A DNA stretch of 64,000 bases from the human T2T-CHM13v2.0 reference genome, Homo sapiens (GCF_009914755.1 NC_060933.1), one strand, 5' to 3'. Shown: positions 14,561-26,393, numbered from the stretch's first letter. Numbers and translations are program-made. Notes: generated by a model not told the origin, from the letters alone.

Positions 14561-15221
14561 TAGGGCCTTATCTGATGGGCCTGCTGCATCCCTGGAGAGC
14601 CTCTCTCTGCCTCTCCTTGCTTGGGGGCACCCCTCCAGGCTGGCTAGCCGGCTCCAGCCCATCTCAGTGTGGCCTGAGATAAGGGCCCAGCTCAAAGCTG
14701 CTTTGTTCAGCCAACAAAAGGACATTTCTGCAGCACCCTGGGAGCTGGGCCATGGGCTGGCCCGGGCTGGCCCAGGCTGGGGAGGCCCGGGCCCAGTGCA
14801 GGCACCAGCTCGAGAAACCCTAGCCTGGCCCTGGTTGTGCCTCAGGGGCTGGGGACGCTCCCTCCATAGGCTTCCCAGGCCCTCAGGTCCACAGGCGGTG
14901 TCTCCTTTCTATGCCCGGCCTGGGTTGGGCCCTGCCTGTGGCCAGTGCCGCCCATTGCCCAGCCCCTGCCTTTGAGGCCTGGAGCCTTCACATCCATGGC
15001 AAGGAAGGCCACCCGTGCAGAGTGGAGCAGGTGCACAGCCAGGACCCTGAATACCCAGCCCTGCCCCCTGGCCTTTGCCCAGGGTGTCCCCTCTGCAGGT
15101 GCACTTTCCCCACAGCTTCCCCGGGAAACTGACTTGAGGCCACTGGGGGCTGGATGCAACCCCTGGGGAGGCAGGGGCAGTGCCGGGGCAGAGGGGCAGC
15201 CCCGGCTGAGGGCCCTGGCAT

Positions 15222-15590
15222 TGGGAGTGGGTTGAAATGTGGCCCCCCAGGATGCATCCACCCGGAACCTCAGAGTGTGAACTTACTCTTTGCAGATGGA
15301 ATTAAGGTTGGGATCTCGGGGTGAGACCTCCCTGGCCTCGGGTGGGTTCTAAACACAGTGTCAAGCGTCCTCATGCCAGCGGGAAAGGCACAGAGGCCAG
15401 GGACGCTGGAGTGAGGGAGGCAGAGGCCGTACTGGCCACCGGAGCTGGGAGGGGCGGGAAGGGCCTCCCGAGGGAGCGCAGCCCTCCTGACACCTGCGTC
15501 CTAGGCTGTTGGCCTCCAGAAACGGGAGGGGATGCATTTCTGCTTTAAGCCACCCAGTCTGTGGTACTTCGTTACGGGAACTGGAGGACA
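15222..15590 (+). mobile_element. MLT1 (MaLR) solo LTR
   Basis: ctttgcagatggaattaag...ggcctccagaa...tttaagccacccagtctgtggtacttcgttac. Confidence 0.85.
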
Positions 15591-16169
15591 GGCTTTCAAG
15601 GGAAAGTGACAAAAGCAGGGTGAAGGACCAAGGCCCGATGGCCTCAGGACTCCCACCCCCACAGCGTGGCCAGGGGCTTCCTTGGGGCCCGCCAAGTTCC
15701 TGGGACCCTCCCAGGCTAGTCAGGGCTCCCAGCAGGAGCCCCCTGCACCGAGACGGCCGTGTCCCCTGCTCCATGGGACCACAGCACCCACTGTCACACA
15801 CACACAGCCACCGTCCCATCAGGCACCCACATCCCCGTGGGGCCCGGCTCAGCCAGGGGTTGCCAGCCTCCCAGGGTATCCTTGACAGCTGGGGGAGGCT
15901 GGCCTTGGCCCCATCTCTCTCTACCCCACTGCTGGGGGTCTGAGGCCCTCCCACTTCCTCTCCTCTTCCCCTAAGGTCCTGTCACAATGAGGAGCTCCCA
16001 GGGGCCGGCGCTGCAGCCACCCTCCCCGGGCAGGCTGGAGCCGGCCTTCCTTCCACCTCGCCCTCCGCTTCCCACGGGTAAGCTGCTCGCAAGGCAGCCG
16101 GCACGCTCGGGTCACGAGGTCAAGGGCAGCAGGAGCGACCAGGGAGTTGCAGTCACCCTGCCCCGTGCC

Positions 16170-16280
16170 ACAACCTCGTTCACAGGAGGGAAATCAGGCA
16201 GGCCCAGAGACGGCAAGCAACCTGTATAAGATCACACAGCCAGCGCAGGGTGAGGCCTGGGCTCTGGGCACCTGACTCTC
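16170..16280 (+). mobile_element. MIR fragment
   Basis: aggcccagagacggcaagcaacctg..taagatcacacagc. Confidence 0.6.
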
Positions 16281-17192
16281 ACGTGTCGGTTGCCTCTGCT
16301 CCTCCCTCCGTCAGTGCTGGCTGCCCCCTGAAGCTGTCATCCAGGGACCAGCAAACAGAAGTGTCTGAATGAGGCAACAGCATGGCCCCCGCCCCAGCAG
16401 TTAAAGGTTTGAGGCAGATCCCCATAGGACTTTGGGCCAACACCTCCAAATCTCTGAGCGGGACAGGGAGATGGGGCCAGTGGGTGGAGACGGGCAGCCC
16501 AGGGTGAGCACGTGGGCAGGGAAGGCCTCTCTGGGAGGAGCCGTGGGGAGGAGCAGGGAGCTTGCTGGGCAGTTTTCCACCTGGGCCCTGCATCCCTTTC
16601 CCGGCTACTGGCGCTCTCTCAGCTCAGCATGGATTGATTTCTTCATTCATTCTCTGCTCGAAGATCTGCTGAGCCTCTTGAGAGTCAGGCTCTGTCGGGG
16701 TGTAGCAGTGCCCTCCCTCCCCCAAGACCCTGCATGGGAGGGGCTCACCCAGCGAGGATGAGGCACCTACCCCTGCCGTGGCGAGGGCCCCCCAGGGTTC
16801 CAGCCAAGGCCAGTAGGATGGATGGGGTCACGTAAGCCACCAGAGGGGACAGCGAGGTGCCCCAGACAAACAGACCAGAACCCTGGGGTGGCTGGAGGGC
16901 GAGGGCAGGGGGCAGGCTCTTCCAGGCGGGGCTGCAGGAACTGAGCCCTGCAGTCAAGGGGAGGGCAGAGGGTGGCTGGAGCTGGGCTTCCCAAAGATGC
17001 TTTGGCTGCAGGGAGCGGCTAGGGTGGCGGCCCACAGAGCCAGCAGCTCTGGAGGCCATAGAGAGGGGCCAGGCCCCACCTGCACCCTACCTACCTGCTG
17101 AAGCATAAAGAGGGAGACCGGCCCCACACCCATCCCCATCCCTCACTGACACACAACACCTGCATGCGCCTGCAGGAGATACCCACAGCCGT

Positions 17193-17271
17193 TCATCCCG
17201 GGACGCAGCGGGCAGGGTCATCCTGGGACGCATCAGGCAGGGTCATCCCGGGATGCAGCGGGCAGGGTCAT
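17193..17271. repeat. 25-bp tandem repeat x3 (TCATCCCGGGACGCAGCGGGCAGGG)
   Basis: Units at 17193, 17218 and 17243. Confidence 0.9.
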
Positions 17272-17751
17272 GAGCCCCCAGGGCCCTGTTTGCAAGACTC
17301 CCCACCTAGGCCAGGGGGATGAGGTGGGGAGCAAAGGCTCTTCCAGATGGCGGGAGGCCAGACAAGTCCCCAAGGTCCCCAGGGTGGCGGATGCCCAGTC
17401 CCTCTGTGTGGGGAGCAGGCTCGGCAGGGCACAGGTCCCTGGTCTGCTTGGAGAGCAAGGGTGTCCCTCTACATCCCAGGGGACAGCTGCTGCCTCCCTC
17501 CACACAGGGCCTGAGGATGGCTGTGGCAGCCGCAGGCTTCAGGGGCCAGGCCTGTACCACACTACATCATGGTCTTCTCTCGGGCTCTGCCTCCTCAGCT
17601 ACAGCCTGTGGCAAATTCTCCTCTGAACACTCACCCAGGCAAAGTGGGCTAGGAAAAGGACAGGGGGTGGGGAGACGCACAGAAGGGGCGCCAGGGGCCA
17701 CTGTCACACCCACAAAGCCGGCGTGGGGTTCCCGGGGAGAATGACATTCAG

Positions 17752-18194
17752 GTGTGCACGTGTGAGAACGTGTGCGTGTGCACCAGTGCTTGCTCACCTG
17801 AGTCCACACGCAGGTGTGCAAGTGTGTGCCCGTGTGTGTAGAGGGGTGCATGTGTGTGCCTCTACATGTGAGGGGTGCGTGTGTGTGCATGTGTGAGAGT
17901 GTGTACGTGTGTGTGCTTGCTCACGTGAGTGTCCACACACGGGTGCTCCCGTGTGCATGCGCGTGTGTGCTCGTGAGTGCTTGTTTGCATGTGTGTGCAC
18001 TCACATACGTGTATGCCAGTGTGTGAACATATCTGTGCATGACCTCAATGGTGTAGATTGCACGTGTATGCTTGTGTGAGTTTGTGTATGTGTGTGCCTG
18101 TGTATGCACACTGTGTGAGCATGTGCATATGTGGGAACAAGTGTACACATGTATGCACACATGTATCCACACGTGTGTGTGCCTCTGTGTGTGC
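17752..18194. repeat. Degenerate (TG)n simple repeat
   Basis: Visible directly. Confidence 0.9.
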
Positions 18195-18939
18195 AGGGCA
18201 AGAGGGTGGGGACGCCATCGGGGTCTGTGGCCCAGGTGAGCCTCCCGGAGGGCGTGGCTCTGGTGAGTGGCGGTGCCTGGCAGAAGCTGGCCCTCCAGAA
18301 ACCCTCCACAGTGACGATGGGTTGAGCAAGGCCTGCGGGGCTGAGCCTCCAGCCATCGCCAGGGTGCTGTGATGAGGCAGCCAGGGAGGCCGAGCGGGAC
18401 CTGAGGGTGCAGCACTGGGCCGAAGCCAAGCTGGGACCCAAAAGGGGCTTGTGCTGCCCATCTGGGTGGGTCGGCCCCGGGCCCTCCTCAGTCTCCCCAT
18501 CCAAGCTCATGTGTCCATAGCCCCGATCCCGTCTGCGCTGGGCTCTGCAGCTTCCTCTTCTTCCTCACTTCCTCCCGCACCCCCCTCCCCACGGGCAACA
18601 GTCCCAACATCTGGTTGGCGTTTCCAGCAAAGCCGGGGGCGGGGCCGGCAGGAGCCAGAAGAGCAGCTGCGGACAGTGTGGGAGTCTCCGGCGGGGCTGT
18701 GAGAACCAGCACTAGCCGGATGGTTGCGTTCCCAGTGCAGCCCCCGCCAGTGTGGTGGGGGGTGCTGGAGACCAGGGAGGAGAGGTGACTGGGTCACAGC
18801 CACTCCGGAGGCCGGGCGCCTCCCTCAGACACGGCTCTGCTGGAGGAGGGGGCTGTGGGCTGCCGAGCCTCCACCCCAGCCTCCAGGCAGCACAGGGCGA
18901 GGGCCTGCCCTTGCTCCTGGGCCCCCTGCCGTCATCTCA

Positions 18940-19030
18940 CCCCAGCCTCAGTTCCCTCCTCTCTGAAATGGGCCCTGACGGTACCTGCCTCATGAGCTGT
19001 GGGGAGGACTCCAGGAGCTCAGGCTCGGAG
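18940..19030 (-). mobile_element. MIR fragment
   Basis: gcctcagttccctcctctctgaaatggg...cctgcctcatgagctgtggggagga. Confidence 0.7.
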
Positions 19031-19259
19031 GTCGCTGCCCAGTGTGGTAGGGGTGGCCTCACCCCTCGGGCCCACTCCCGGCTGTGTGGGTTCATCCATC
19101 CTACAGCAGCGAGGGCTGCGGAGGACACCGTGCAGGCCTGGAGTCAGACTGGGCTCCGAAGCCCGGGAGCAGGGTCTCAGGGTGTCAGCCCAAAAGCCAG
19201 GCTGGCCCACTGCCCAGCAGGTGGGCACCAAGGCGGGGGCCTGGTGCAGCATCTCCAGC

Positions 19260-19860
19260 CTCAGCAGGGTTAACTCCCAACCCCAACCCAGCCCTGGCTG
19301 CAAGGGGGGTGCTGGGCCAGTTGCGGGGGAGGCGGGGGCGGGGGCGGGGGGTACTCAGCTCCAGGAGCCTGCTCAGGATCAGGCCTCCCGCGCGGCTCAG
19401 CCCTTCCGGGTGAGGTCATGGGAAAAACCGCCTCAGACACCCCCAAGACAAGGACCCCCAAGGCTGCCTGCGGGTTAATAGTGGCTCCTCCCAGCTGCAG
19501 GGGCCGCTCAGCCAGACCCTGGCTCCTGAGCAGGTGTGCGCCCCCCAGGTCCCAGGTTGCACACCCCCATGGGGGCGGGGGAGGCAGTTTCCTGCTTCTC
19601 AGACTTCTCCCACCGGGGCTTCTTTCCGGCTGCGGCTTTGCTTTTGTTGTGTGTTTTTGTTCACTCCCCCTCCCCGCTGGAGTCAGTCTCAGGAAAGCTT
19701 CTGGGGCGATGGGAGCAGCGGAGGAGCCCAGGCCGGAAAGGGGACAATTAAACCCAGGGAAGAAAGGGTTAACCCTGACTCCGCCCCCCCCCACCCCCAT
19801 TCACCAGGAAATAAACAAGGAGCTTTGTTTCCATTCACCCTGAAAAATACAAGGATTTCC
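19260..19860. promoter_or_regulatory. Candidate cis-regulatory element (GC boxes, GGGTTAA x3, FOX motif)
   Basis: GGGGCGGGG runs 19325-19352; GGGTTAA at 19267, 19472 and 19766; ATAAACA at 19811. Confidence 0.35.
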
Positions 19861-20965
19861 TCTCCCACTGGTCTGCACTGTCCCCCAAGGACCCCTCAAA
19901 CCCAGAGGGGCAGGGCAGGAAGGGGACCCTGAGGTGGGCAGAGGTACTTGGGCTTCCGGAGACAGGGAGATGTTTGGAAGGTTCAGCTCAGCCTGGGTCA
20001 TGGCAGGTGACCCAGAGCCACTGAGAGCAGGGTGAACCTGGGGCCTGTCCTCACCCACCCACTCACCCGTCTGTTCCTAGAGGCCCTGCTGTGTGTGGCT
20101 TGCAGAGGCCGGGCCGATGAGAGTCTGCCCCCAGGAGCGCACCACAGGCTAGAGAGGACGCTCCCACCCTCGCAGCCCCCATCAAAGCCATGGAGGGGAG
20201 AGAGCCACGCTGGGAGAAGTCGTGTGTGCCCCGGATGGTCTGGAAAGGCCTCTGGGGCCTTGAGGGACAGGAAGGGGGCCTGGGCATCCCCAGCAAAAGC
20301 GTATACAAGGCCTTGTGGCAGGCAGGCTCCCGGGCCTCCAAAACAGACAGGGGAAGTGGAGGCCACTGGATGGTGGGGCCCATCCCGAGGGAGCCCAGCT
20401 GCTGGGAGGCATTTTGCATCTTGATGTGATGACAGTGGGAAGTCCCAGGGCAGCTCTGAGCAGGGGATGCTGCCTGCACCTTAGAAACTGCAGCTGTGGG
20501 TTGGGCGTGGGGGTTGAAGGAGGAGAGAGGTGTGGGAACAGGGGTCCTGGCCTGGACATGCCACGTGGGTAGGGTGCCGTTTGCTGAGGCAGTGTGAGCG
20601 GAAGAGGCAGGGGTGGTGGGGAGGGGGTCTGGTTTGGGATGTGTCCAGTCTGAGAGGCGTATGGGAAAGTGGCTGACCCTAGACCTGGTAGGGGGGTGCA
20701 GGTGGGACCTGACGAGGCCTCCCTGAGAGGGCAGTGGAGGAGGCACGGTCTGAGGACCGGACCTGGCAGGGGCCTGAGTCTATCAGAGGCAAGGAAGGGG
20801 TGAGGCCGTGGTCAGCTCCCGGGGTGTGTGGGCTCCGCAAGGCCTGGTGGGAGCGAGGTGCTGGGTCCTTCTCTGTCAAGTGGGGACAGTGAGTGAGTGC
20901 ACTGAGCCCGAGAGGTTGAGACACTACAGAAACAGCAGCGGCTCAAAGAGCGGAGGAAATCTGTG

Positions 20966-21190
20966 GATGCCCCCACCGTGCGATGTCCCCCCCGCCATGT
21001 GACACACCCACCATGCGATGCCCTCTCATCCACTGTGATCCCCCCACACTGTTCAGTGCTCCCGCCACCACGCGATGCCCTCTCATCCAGTGTGATCCCC
21101 CCACACTGTTCAGTGCTCCCCCCACCACGCGATGCCCCCCTCCACAGTGCGGTGCCCCCCTCCACAGTGCGATGCCCCCTACTGTGTCCC
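20966..21190. repeat. Compound minisatellite (about 57-bp unit x2 plus about 20-bp subunits)
   Basis: gcgatgccctctcatcca.tgtgatccccccacactgttcagtgctccc repeated; gcccccctccacagtgcg repeated. Confidence 0.85.
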
Positions 21191-21497
21191 CTTGGACCTC
21201 TGCCATCTCCATCAAGGTGTCATCTGCTGGTGATACCTGTGCCCTCACCCACTTGGTTCTCGGGCCAGAGTTGGCACCATCTGGGGCAGCCAGGGGCCCT
21301 GCGAGGCTGCTCCAAGTTCTGCACCATTTCCCAACCCGGGGGACAGAGCCCTGACCCACGCTGGGAGCCGGCAGCACACCTGCTGGTTACCTCCCGTCCT
21401 CCATCCACCCCCATCCTGTGCCGCCTGCCTTCCCAAATAGATGGCATCAATATGCACCCTGGTCCTCAGGGGTGCTTCCAAGAGCCACACTAAGTCA
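21160..21497 (+). mobile_element. LTR16-like 5' LTR (ERV-L)
   Basis: 3' end cttcccaaataga...ctcaggggtgcttc...cacactaagtca matches the recalled LTR16 terminus and abuts ERV-L internal sequence; left edge uncertain. Confidence 0.6.
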
Positions 21498-23699
21498 GCT
21501 GGGGCCAGAAGGGACTCTGGGAGGGGGCTCGGGATGGCTGAAGGAGCCCCACTGCTGGGGCAGTGGAGGGTGACAGCCCTGGGGTGCAGTGCAGTGTTGG
21601 ACCTCTGCCATGGCGACTGGGAAGGGCCGTGGGAGCCGGAGGCCCCTGCCACGCGGTTCTCCAGCATTCAGGAGTTATGGAGGCCACAGTGACCATGAGG
21701 ACGTGGGAGCCGTGGCTACTGGCCAGTGTCACAGTTGGGGCCCGGCTGGTTTCAGCTGACCTCTCCTCTGGCCATGGGACACAGTAAGGGCATTGCAGTA
21801 AGGGAATTGCAGAGGAGGCTCCTGGAAGTCTCCCAGGCTGGGATCAGGGCTCTGACCGAGAAGGAGTGGGCCTGAGTGCTGGCCTGGGCCACCTGGGTGT
21901 GTCTGTTTGAGAGGATGACCTCCCAGAAGTGCCTGCTCCTCCTCCATCATCTCTGCCTCCCCATAGAGTCCCGAGGACACCCCTTAGTGGAAGGCGTCAG
22001 GAAAGCTGCCGTCAGCTGCAGCGAGAGAAAAATCCTTCACAGTGTTCTAGACGTGGCCGGCTCTCAGATCCAGAGCCCGCAACTGGAGGGGCGGCCAGGT
22101 GCCCTTGAGGAAGGACCCTACAACACAAAAGCACACATGCACAGTTCCCCCACTGCATCCCCAGAGGGACCACTGGCCATTTACTAGAGGAACTGGGCGC
22201 TGGAGAAAGGGCCCACCCACTCCATCAGTGCTGTCTGATGTCCAGCCTGGCTGACGCCAGTATCAGGAGACCACAGTGACCTCATGGCATGGCCCCTGTT
22301 AAGGCGGGAAAGGATGGACACTGGGTGATAAATGGGGCCCTGGGCCAGCTCCATCCAGTGGGCCCCTAGGTCCCTGGGCCACTCTGTGGCCACTCCCCTT
22401 GGCCTGAGTGTGTGGTTGGAGGAAGGGCTGGATGTGGCAGCTGGCAAAGCCCTTCTGTCACTTCCTTCTGCGGCGTAAGAGCCTGGATGGCTGAAAAAAC
22501 CAAGTTGAAACTCCCAAAACCATGACTCCCCATGCGTACACACCAAGATGGGAAACCCAAAGCAGATGCCTTCTGAGATGGCATGGATTCGTGCCACCCA
22601 GAAAGCCTTGACAAATACACACACAGTGGTCCCAACCTATTCTCATCGAGTTCAGCAGTCCGGCCCCTGCGGAGGTCAGACAGACCATGGCAGGTGGGTG
22701 ACGGTCAACCTAACAAGCTGGGAGTCCTGGCCACAGCCACTCTGCCAGAGGTGATGTCTGGACTGGGGAACAGGCCAACACAAGCTCGAGCACCCGGCCT
22801 GGGGCTCCCTGGAGGCAAGTCTGGAGACCGCACGGATCCCAGTCCCTGTTGGGGTGGAAGGAGCATCATAAGCAGTCTGCACGGGCATGGGAAGGACAGT
22901 AGTGCACGTGCACGACCCCGCCCAGGGCGGTGACTATGTTCCTGCTCTCCACACAGCCCTGAGACTCGCAGGCCATCCAGACGTTTCTTGGAACATCGTG
23001 AGAGCTCAATGCACAAAGGCTATGGAGTTAATCTTCTGGGGAAGCAGGAGTCGCATTCTGATGCTTTGTGCTTGTGTGCCAGAGGACAGACGGTAAACCC
23101 ACCGAGATTCTGGGGCTACCATATCCGCTTTCAGGGGTTCAGTGGTCTGGGATGTGATGGCAGGGACTAATGCACCCTTGGAGACTGCAAGGAGACAGGT
23201 GGTCTCCTCCACATAAAGAACAAGTTATTCAGCCTGGGCAACACACTCAGACCCATCTCCTGCCTGTGGTCCCAGCTGCTTGGGAGGCTGAGGCAGGAGG
23301 ATCCCTTGGGCCCAGGAGGTAGAGGCTACAGTGAGCTGTGGTCACACCATTGCATGCATTCTGGGCGGCAGAGTGAGACCGCATCTGTAACAAAGAACGA
23401 GTGATTGCTCCTCACACCTACACCAAGGAAGCAGTGCAATGCTTGGCTGTCTCTTTGGGTTCAACAGGCAGCTTCGGCAATGCTCTGCCCATTTGTTAGA
23501 TGACCCAGAAGACGATCACTTTCGAGTGGGGCCCAGAACAACAGAGGGCCCTGCATCAAGCTCAGACAGTGGTGTCAAGACCCCGAGCCACTGGAGGCGT
23601 CCATGCAGATCCAGACACTTGGAGCCCCCCAGACAGCTGCAGCCTAGGGGGCCTCCAGGATTCCAGGGCAAGTTCATGGCGTCTGCTAGCAGAGAGGCC
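21498..23699 (+). mobile_element. ERV-L (HERV16-like) internal remnant with decayed pro/pol
   Basis: Broken-frame peptides IRATQKAL..VVPT, SAVRPLRRSDRPWQ..NKL..ATLPEV and TQKTITFEWGPEQQRALHQAQ match ERV-L RT (ISATIKDL..VIPT, SPIWPVQKTDGSWR..RKLN, TRKAASFEWGPEQEKALQQVQ); also ggccaggtgcccttgaggaaggaccct. Confidence 0.85.
23230..23391 (+). mobile_element. 5'-truncated, internally deleted AluJ inside ERV-L pol
   Basis: gaggctgaggcaggaggatc..ttgggcccaggagg; TSD aaagaac(a/g)agt(t/g)att at 23215-23229 and 23392-23406. Confidence 0.85.
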
Positions 23700-24098
23700 C
23701 CCTCCAGAGCCTCAGAATGTGACCTTACCAGGAAATAGAGGTTTGGAAAATGGAATTAAAGATCTCGAGATGAGACTGTCCTGCATGTAGGGTGAGCCTT
23801 TAACCAAAGGACTGGTGTCTTTATAAGAAGAGGAGAGGACGCAGAGACACAGGGGAGAAGCCACATAAAAACGGAGGCAGAGACTGGAGCCAGGCGCCCA
23901 CAAGCCAGGAATGCCTGCAGCATCAGAAGCTGGAGGAGGCAGAAAGGACCCTCCCCTGGAGCCTCTGGAGGGAGCGTGGCCCTGGGACACCCGGGTCTCT
24001 GACTTCTGGCCTCCAGAGCGGGGAGAGCACATTTTGGGTGCTTTATGCCCCCCAATCTGTGGCCCTTCGTTACAGCAGCCCCCAGACACGGAGAGCAT
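23700..24098 (+). mobile_element. MLT1 (MaLR) LTR
   Basis: cctcagaatgtgacctta..ggaaatag; ctggtgtctttataagaagagg; gacttctggcctccaga; gttacagcagccc. Confidence 0.9.
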
Positions 24099-24734
24099 CT
24101 GACCTTGGGTCCTGGAATGACCCTGTCAGAGCCACCCGCATCCGTCGCTGGAATGACCGTGTCCGGGCTGCCAGCGTCTGTCACTAAGTCATGAGTCCAG
24201 GCAAGAGTGTGCTGGGTGTGGGTGACCCTGGGCAGCCCTTAACCAGTGACAGGCCCGAGCCAGCCTCAGAGCTGCTGGGCCAGCTCACCTTGCCTGCCTG
24301 GCTACCCCATCTGTAGCGAGGCTTCTTGGGAGAAGGATGGGGGTGGGACCATGGGAGGGAACACATGGAGTGCTTGGCAGCGTAGACAGTCCCAGCTCCA
24401 CCTCCACCACTGAGGCCCATGGGGTGAGGCTCCAGCCCCCGGTTTGGGTTGCAGGGGAGCGTATGGCACCCTTTAGCGGCCACCTTCTCCTCCTCTCTCA
24501 TCGATCCCGTCCCCACTCCTCCTGCCCCTCCCCATGAGCTGCGGTCCCAGGGCTGCCTCTGGAAAACCCCAGTGAAGACCCCAGCCGCACCTGCCTCTGG
24601 AGAATCCCAGGCTCCAGCCAGCCTCGCTCCCTCATCCTTGAATCCTTGGCTTTGTCCTCACTGTCTCTGACAGCCTCTTCTCTTTGGTCCCCAGCCCCAG
24701 TATACCCTGGCTCTCAGTCTCTTAACCTTCTGTT

Positions 24735-25100
24735 CCCTTGTCTCTGGCTTCCACAGGACCATGAGCCCTGTAGAGGTAGGGGTTCATCTGTCCCACCATC
24801 ACAGCCTGGGGTCCGTCTGTCCTGACATGGCATCCTGGGGTCCGTCTGTCCTGACGTCGCACCCGGGGGTCCGTCTGTCCTGACGTCGCATCCTGGGGTC
24901 CGTCTGTCCTGACGTCGCATCCTGGGGTCCGTCTGTCCTGACGTCGCATCCTGGGGTCCGTCTGTCCTGATGTCGCATCCTGGGGTCCGTCTGTCCTGAT
25001 GTCTCATCCTGGAGCCCAGTGCAGAGCTGGCAACCAGTGGGTCCCCAGGGAGGGTTTGTTGAATGAATGGCCGACCTCGGATGTTGAATGAATGACACTG
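24735..25100 (+). mobile_element. L2 3' end hosting a VNTR
   Basis: gaccatgagccctgtagaggtaggg...cccagtgcagagctggca...tttgttgaatgaatg. Confidence 0.55.
24805..25012. repeat. 29-bp VNTR x7 (CCTGGGGTCCGTCTGTCCTGACGTCGCAT)
   Basis: Units every 29 bp from 24805. Confidence 0.97.
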
Positions 25101-25164
25101 AACCCTGCCCCCAGAGGAAATGAGGCCCCAACTGTGGATGGACAAAGAAGCTTAGAGGAACACA

Positions 25165-26393
25165 GGCAAGAAAATTAAAAAATAAATTTGCACTAAACTT
25201 CTCTGCATCATAGGACACTGTCAAGAGTGAAAAGGCAACCCAAGAATGGGAGGACACACTTGGAAGTTATATGTCGGGTAAGAGGTTCATATCCAGAATA
25301 TATTTTAAAAACTCCCACAACTCCACAAGAAGAAAACCAAACAACCCAATTAAAAACAGGTGAAAGACTGCAATAGACATTTCTCCAGAGAAGATACACA
25401 AGTGGCCGCTAAGCCCATGAAAAGATGCTTGCCATCATTAGTTAGCAGGGAGATACAAATCAAGAGACACCACTTTACACCCGTTATCATAGTATTATTT
25501 TAAAAAACAGAAAGTAAGTGTTGGTGCAGAGGTGGAGAAATCAGGACACCGTGCGGGAACGTGAAACCGTGCAGCTCCTGGAAAACCATTTGGCGGTTCC
25601 CCAAAAACTTAAACGTAGAATCACCACGTGATCCCGCAATTCTGACTTTCAGTTTATGCCCAAGAAGATTGAAAACAGGAACTTCAACAGGTATTTGTTG
25701 GGATTTAACTAGCCCCACTGAGGGACACTGAGCTTGCCCCCAGTGTCACGGGGCAGATGACGATGCTGTGGACTCCCTGTTGGCACCTTGGCCCCACCAT
25801 GATCCCTCCAAGGCCAGCCCTCAGCAGCAGCGTCCCTGGGCGTCTTTAAGTGTCAACAGCTCCTACCGAATGGCCCTGCACAAACTCAGTCCAAGTGAAA
25901 GCGGGGACTCAGACTCAAACTTGCACACCCATGTTCATGGCAGCATCAGTCCCAGCAGCCAAAGGTGGATGCAGCAGAGCATCCGGGGACGAGCGATGGA
26001 GAAACAAAATGCCACCCGTTACGCAGTGGAATACTACGCAGCCATGAAAAGGAAGGAAATTCTGACCCACGCTAAAACCGGATGAGCCTTGAGGACATTA
26101 TGAGAAATGAAATGAGTCAGCCACGAAAGAACGTGTCCTATGGTTCCACTCATGGACGGTCCCCAGTATTGTCAGGTTCATAGAGACAGGAAGTAGAAAG
26201 GTGGGTGCCAGGCTGGGGAGGGGACGGGAAGTGAGTGTTTCATGGGGACAGAGTTCACTTTGGGAAGATGGAGAGTTCTGGAGATGGAGGGTGGTGAAGG
26301 TCACACAATTCGAATGTGCCTAGTGCCACTGAACTGTTCACTTAAATAGTGAAGGTGGTCAATTTTATGTTACGTCTGTTTTACCACAATTTA
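25165..26393 (+). mobile_element. L1MB-type ORF2 C-terminus and 3' UTR, in two pieces
   Basis: aatagacatttctccagagaagatacacaa..atgaaaagatgct; gtggaatactacgcagccatgaaaaggaaggaaattctgac; ttttaccacaattt end; gap 25698-25890. Confidence 0.9.

Noticed and set aside
22548-23790. Functional or domesticated reverse transcriptase
   Set aside because: Motifs are split across frames with stops and an Alu insertion; no catalytic YxDD is recognisable.
24805-25012. CRISPR-like array (29-bp repeats; also the 36-bp repeats at 42.9 kb)
   Set aside because: Head-to-tail repeats with no unique spacers, no cas genes, and a primate context.
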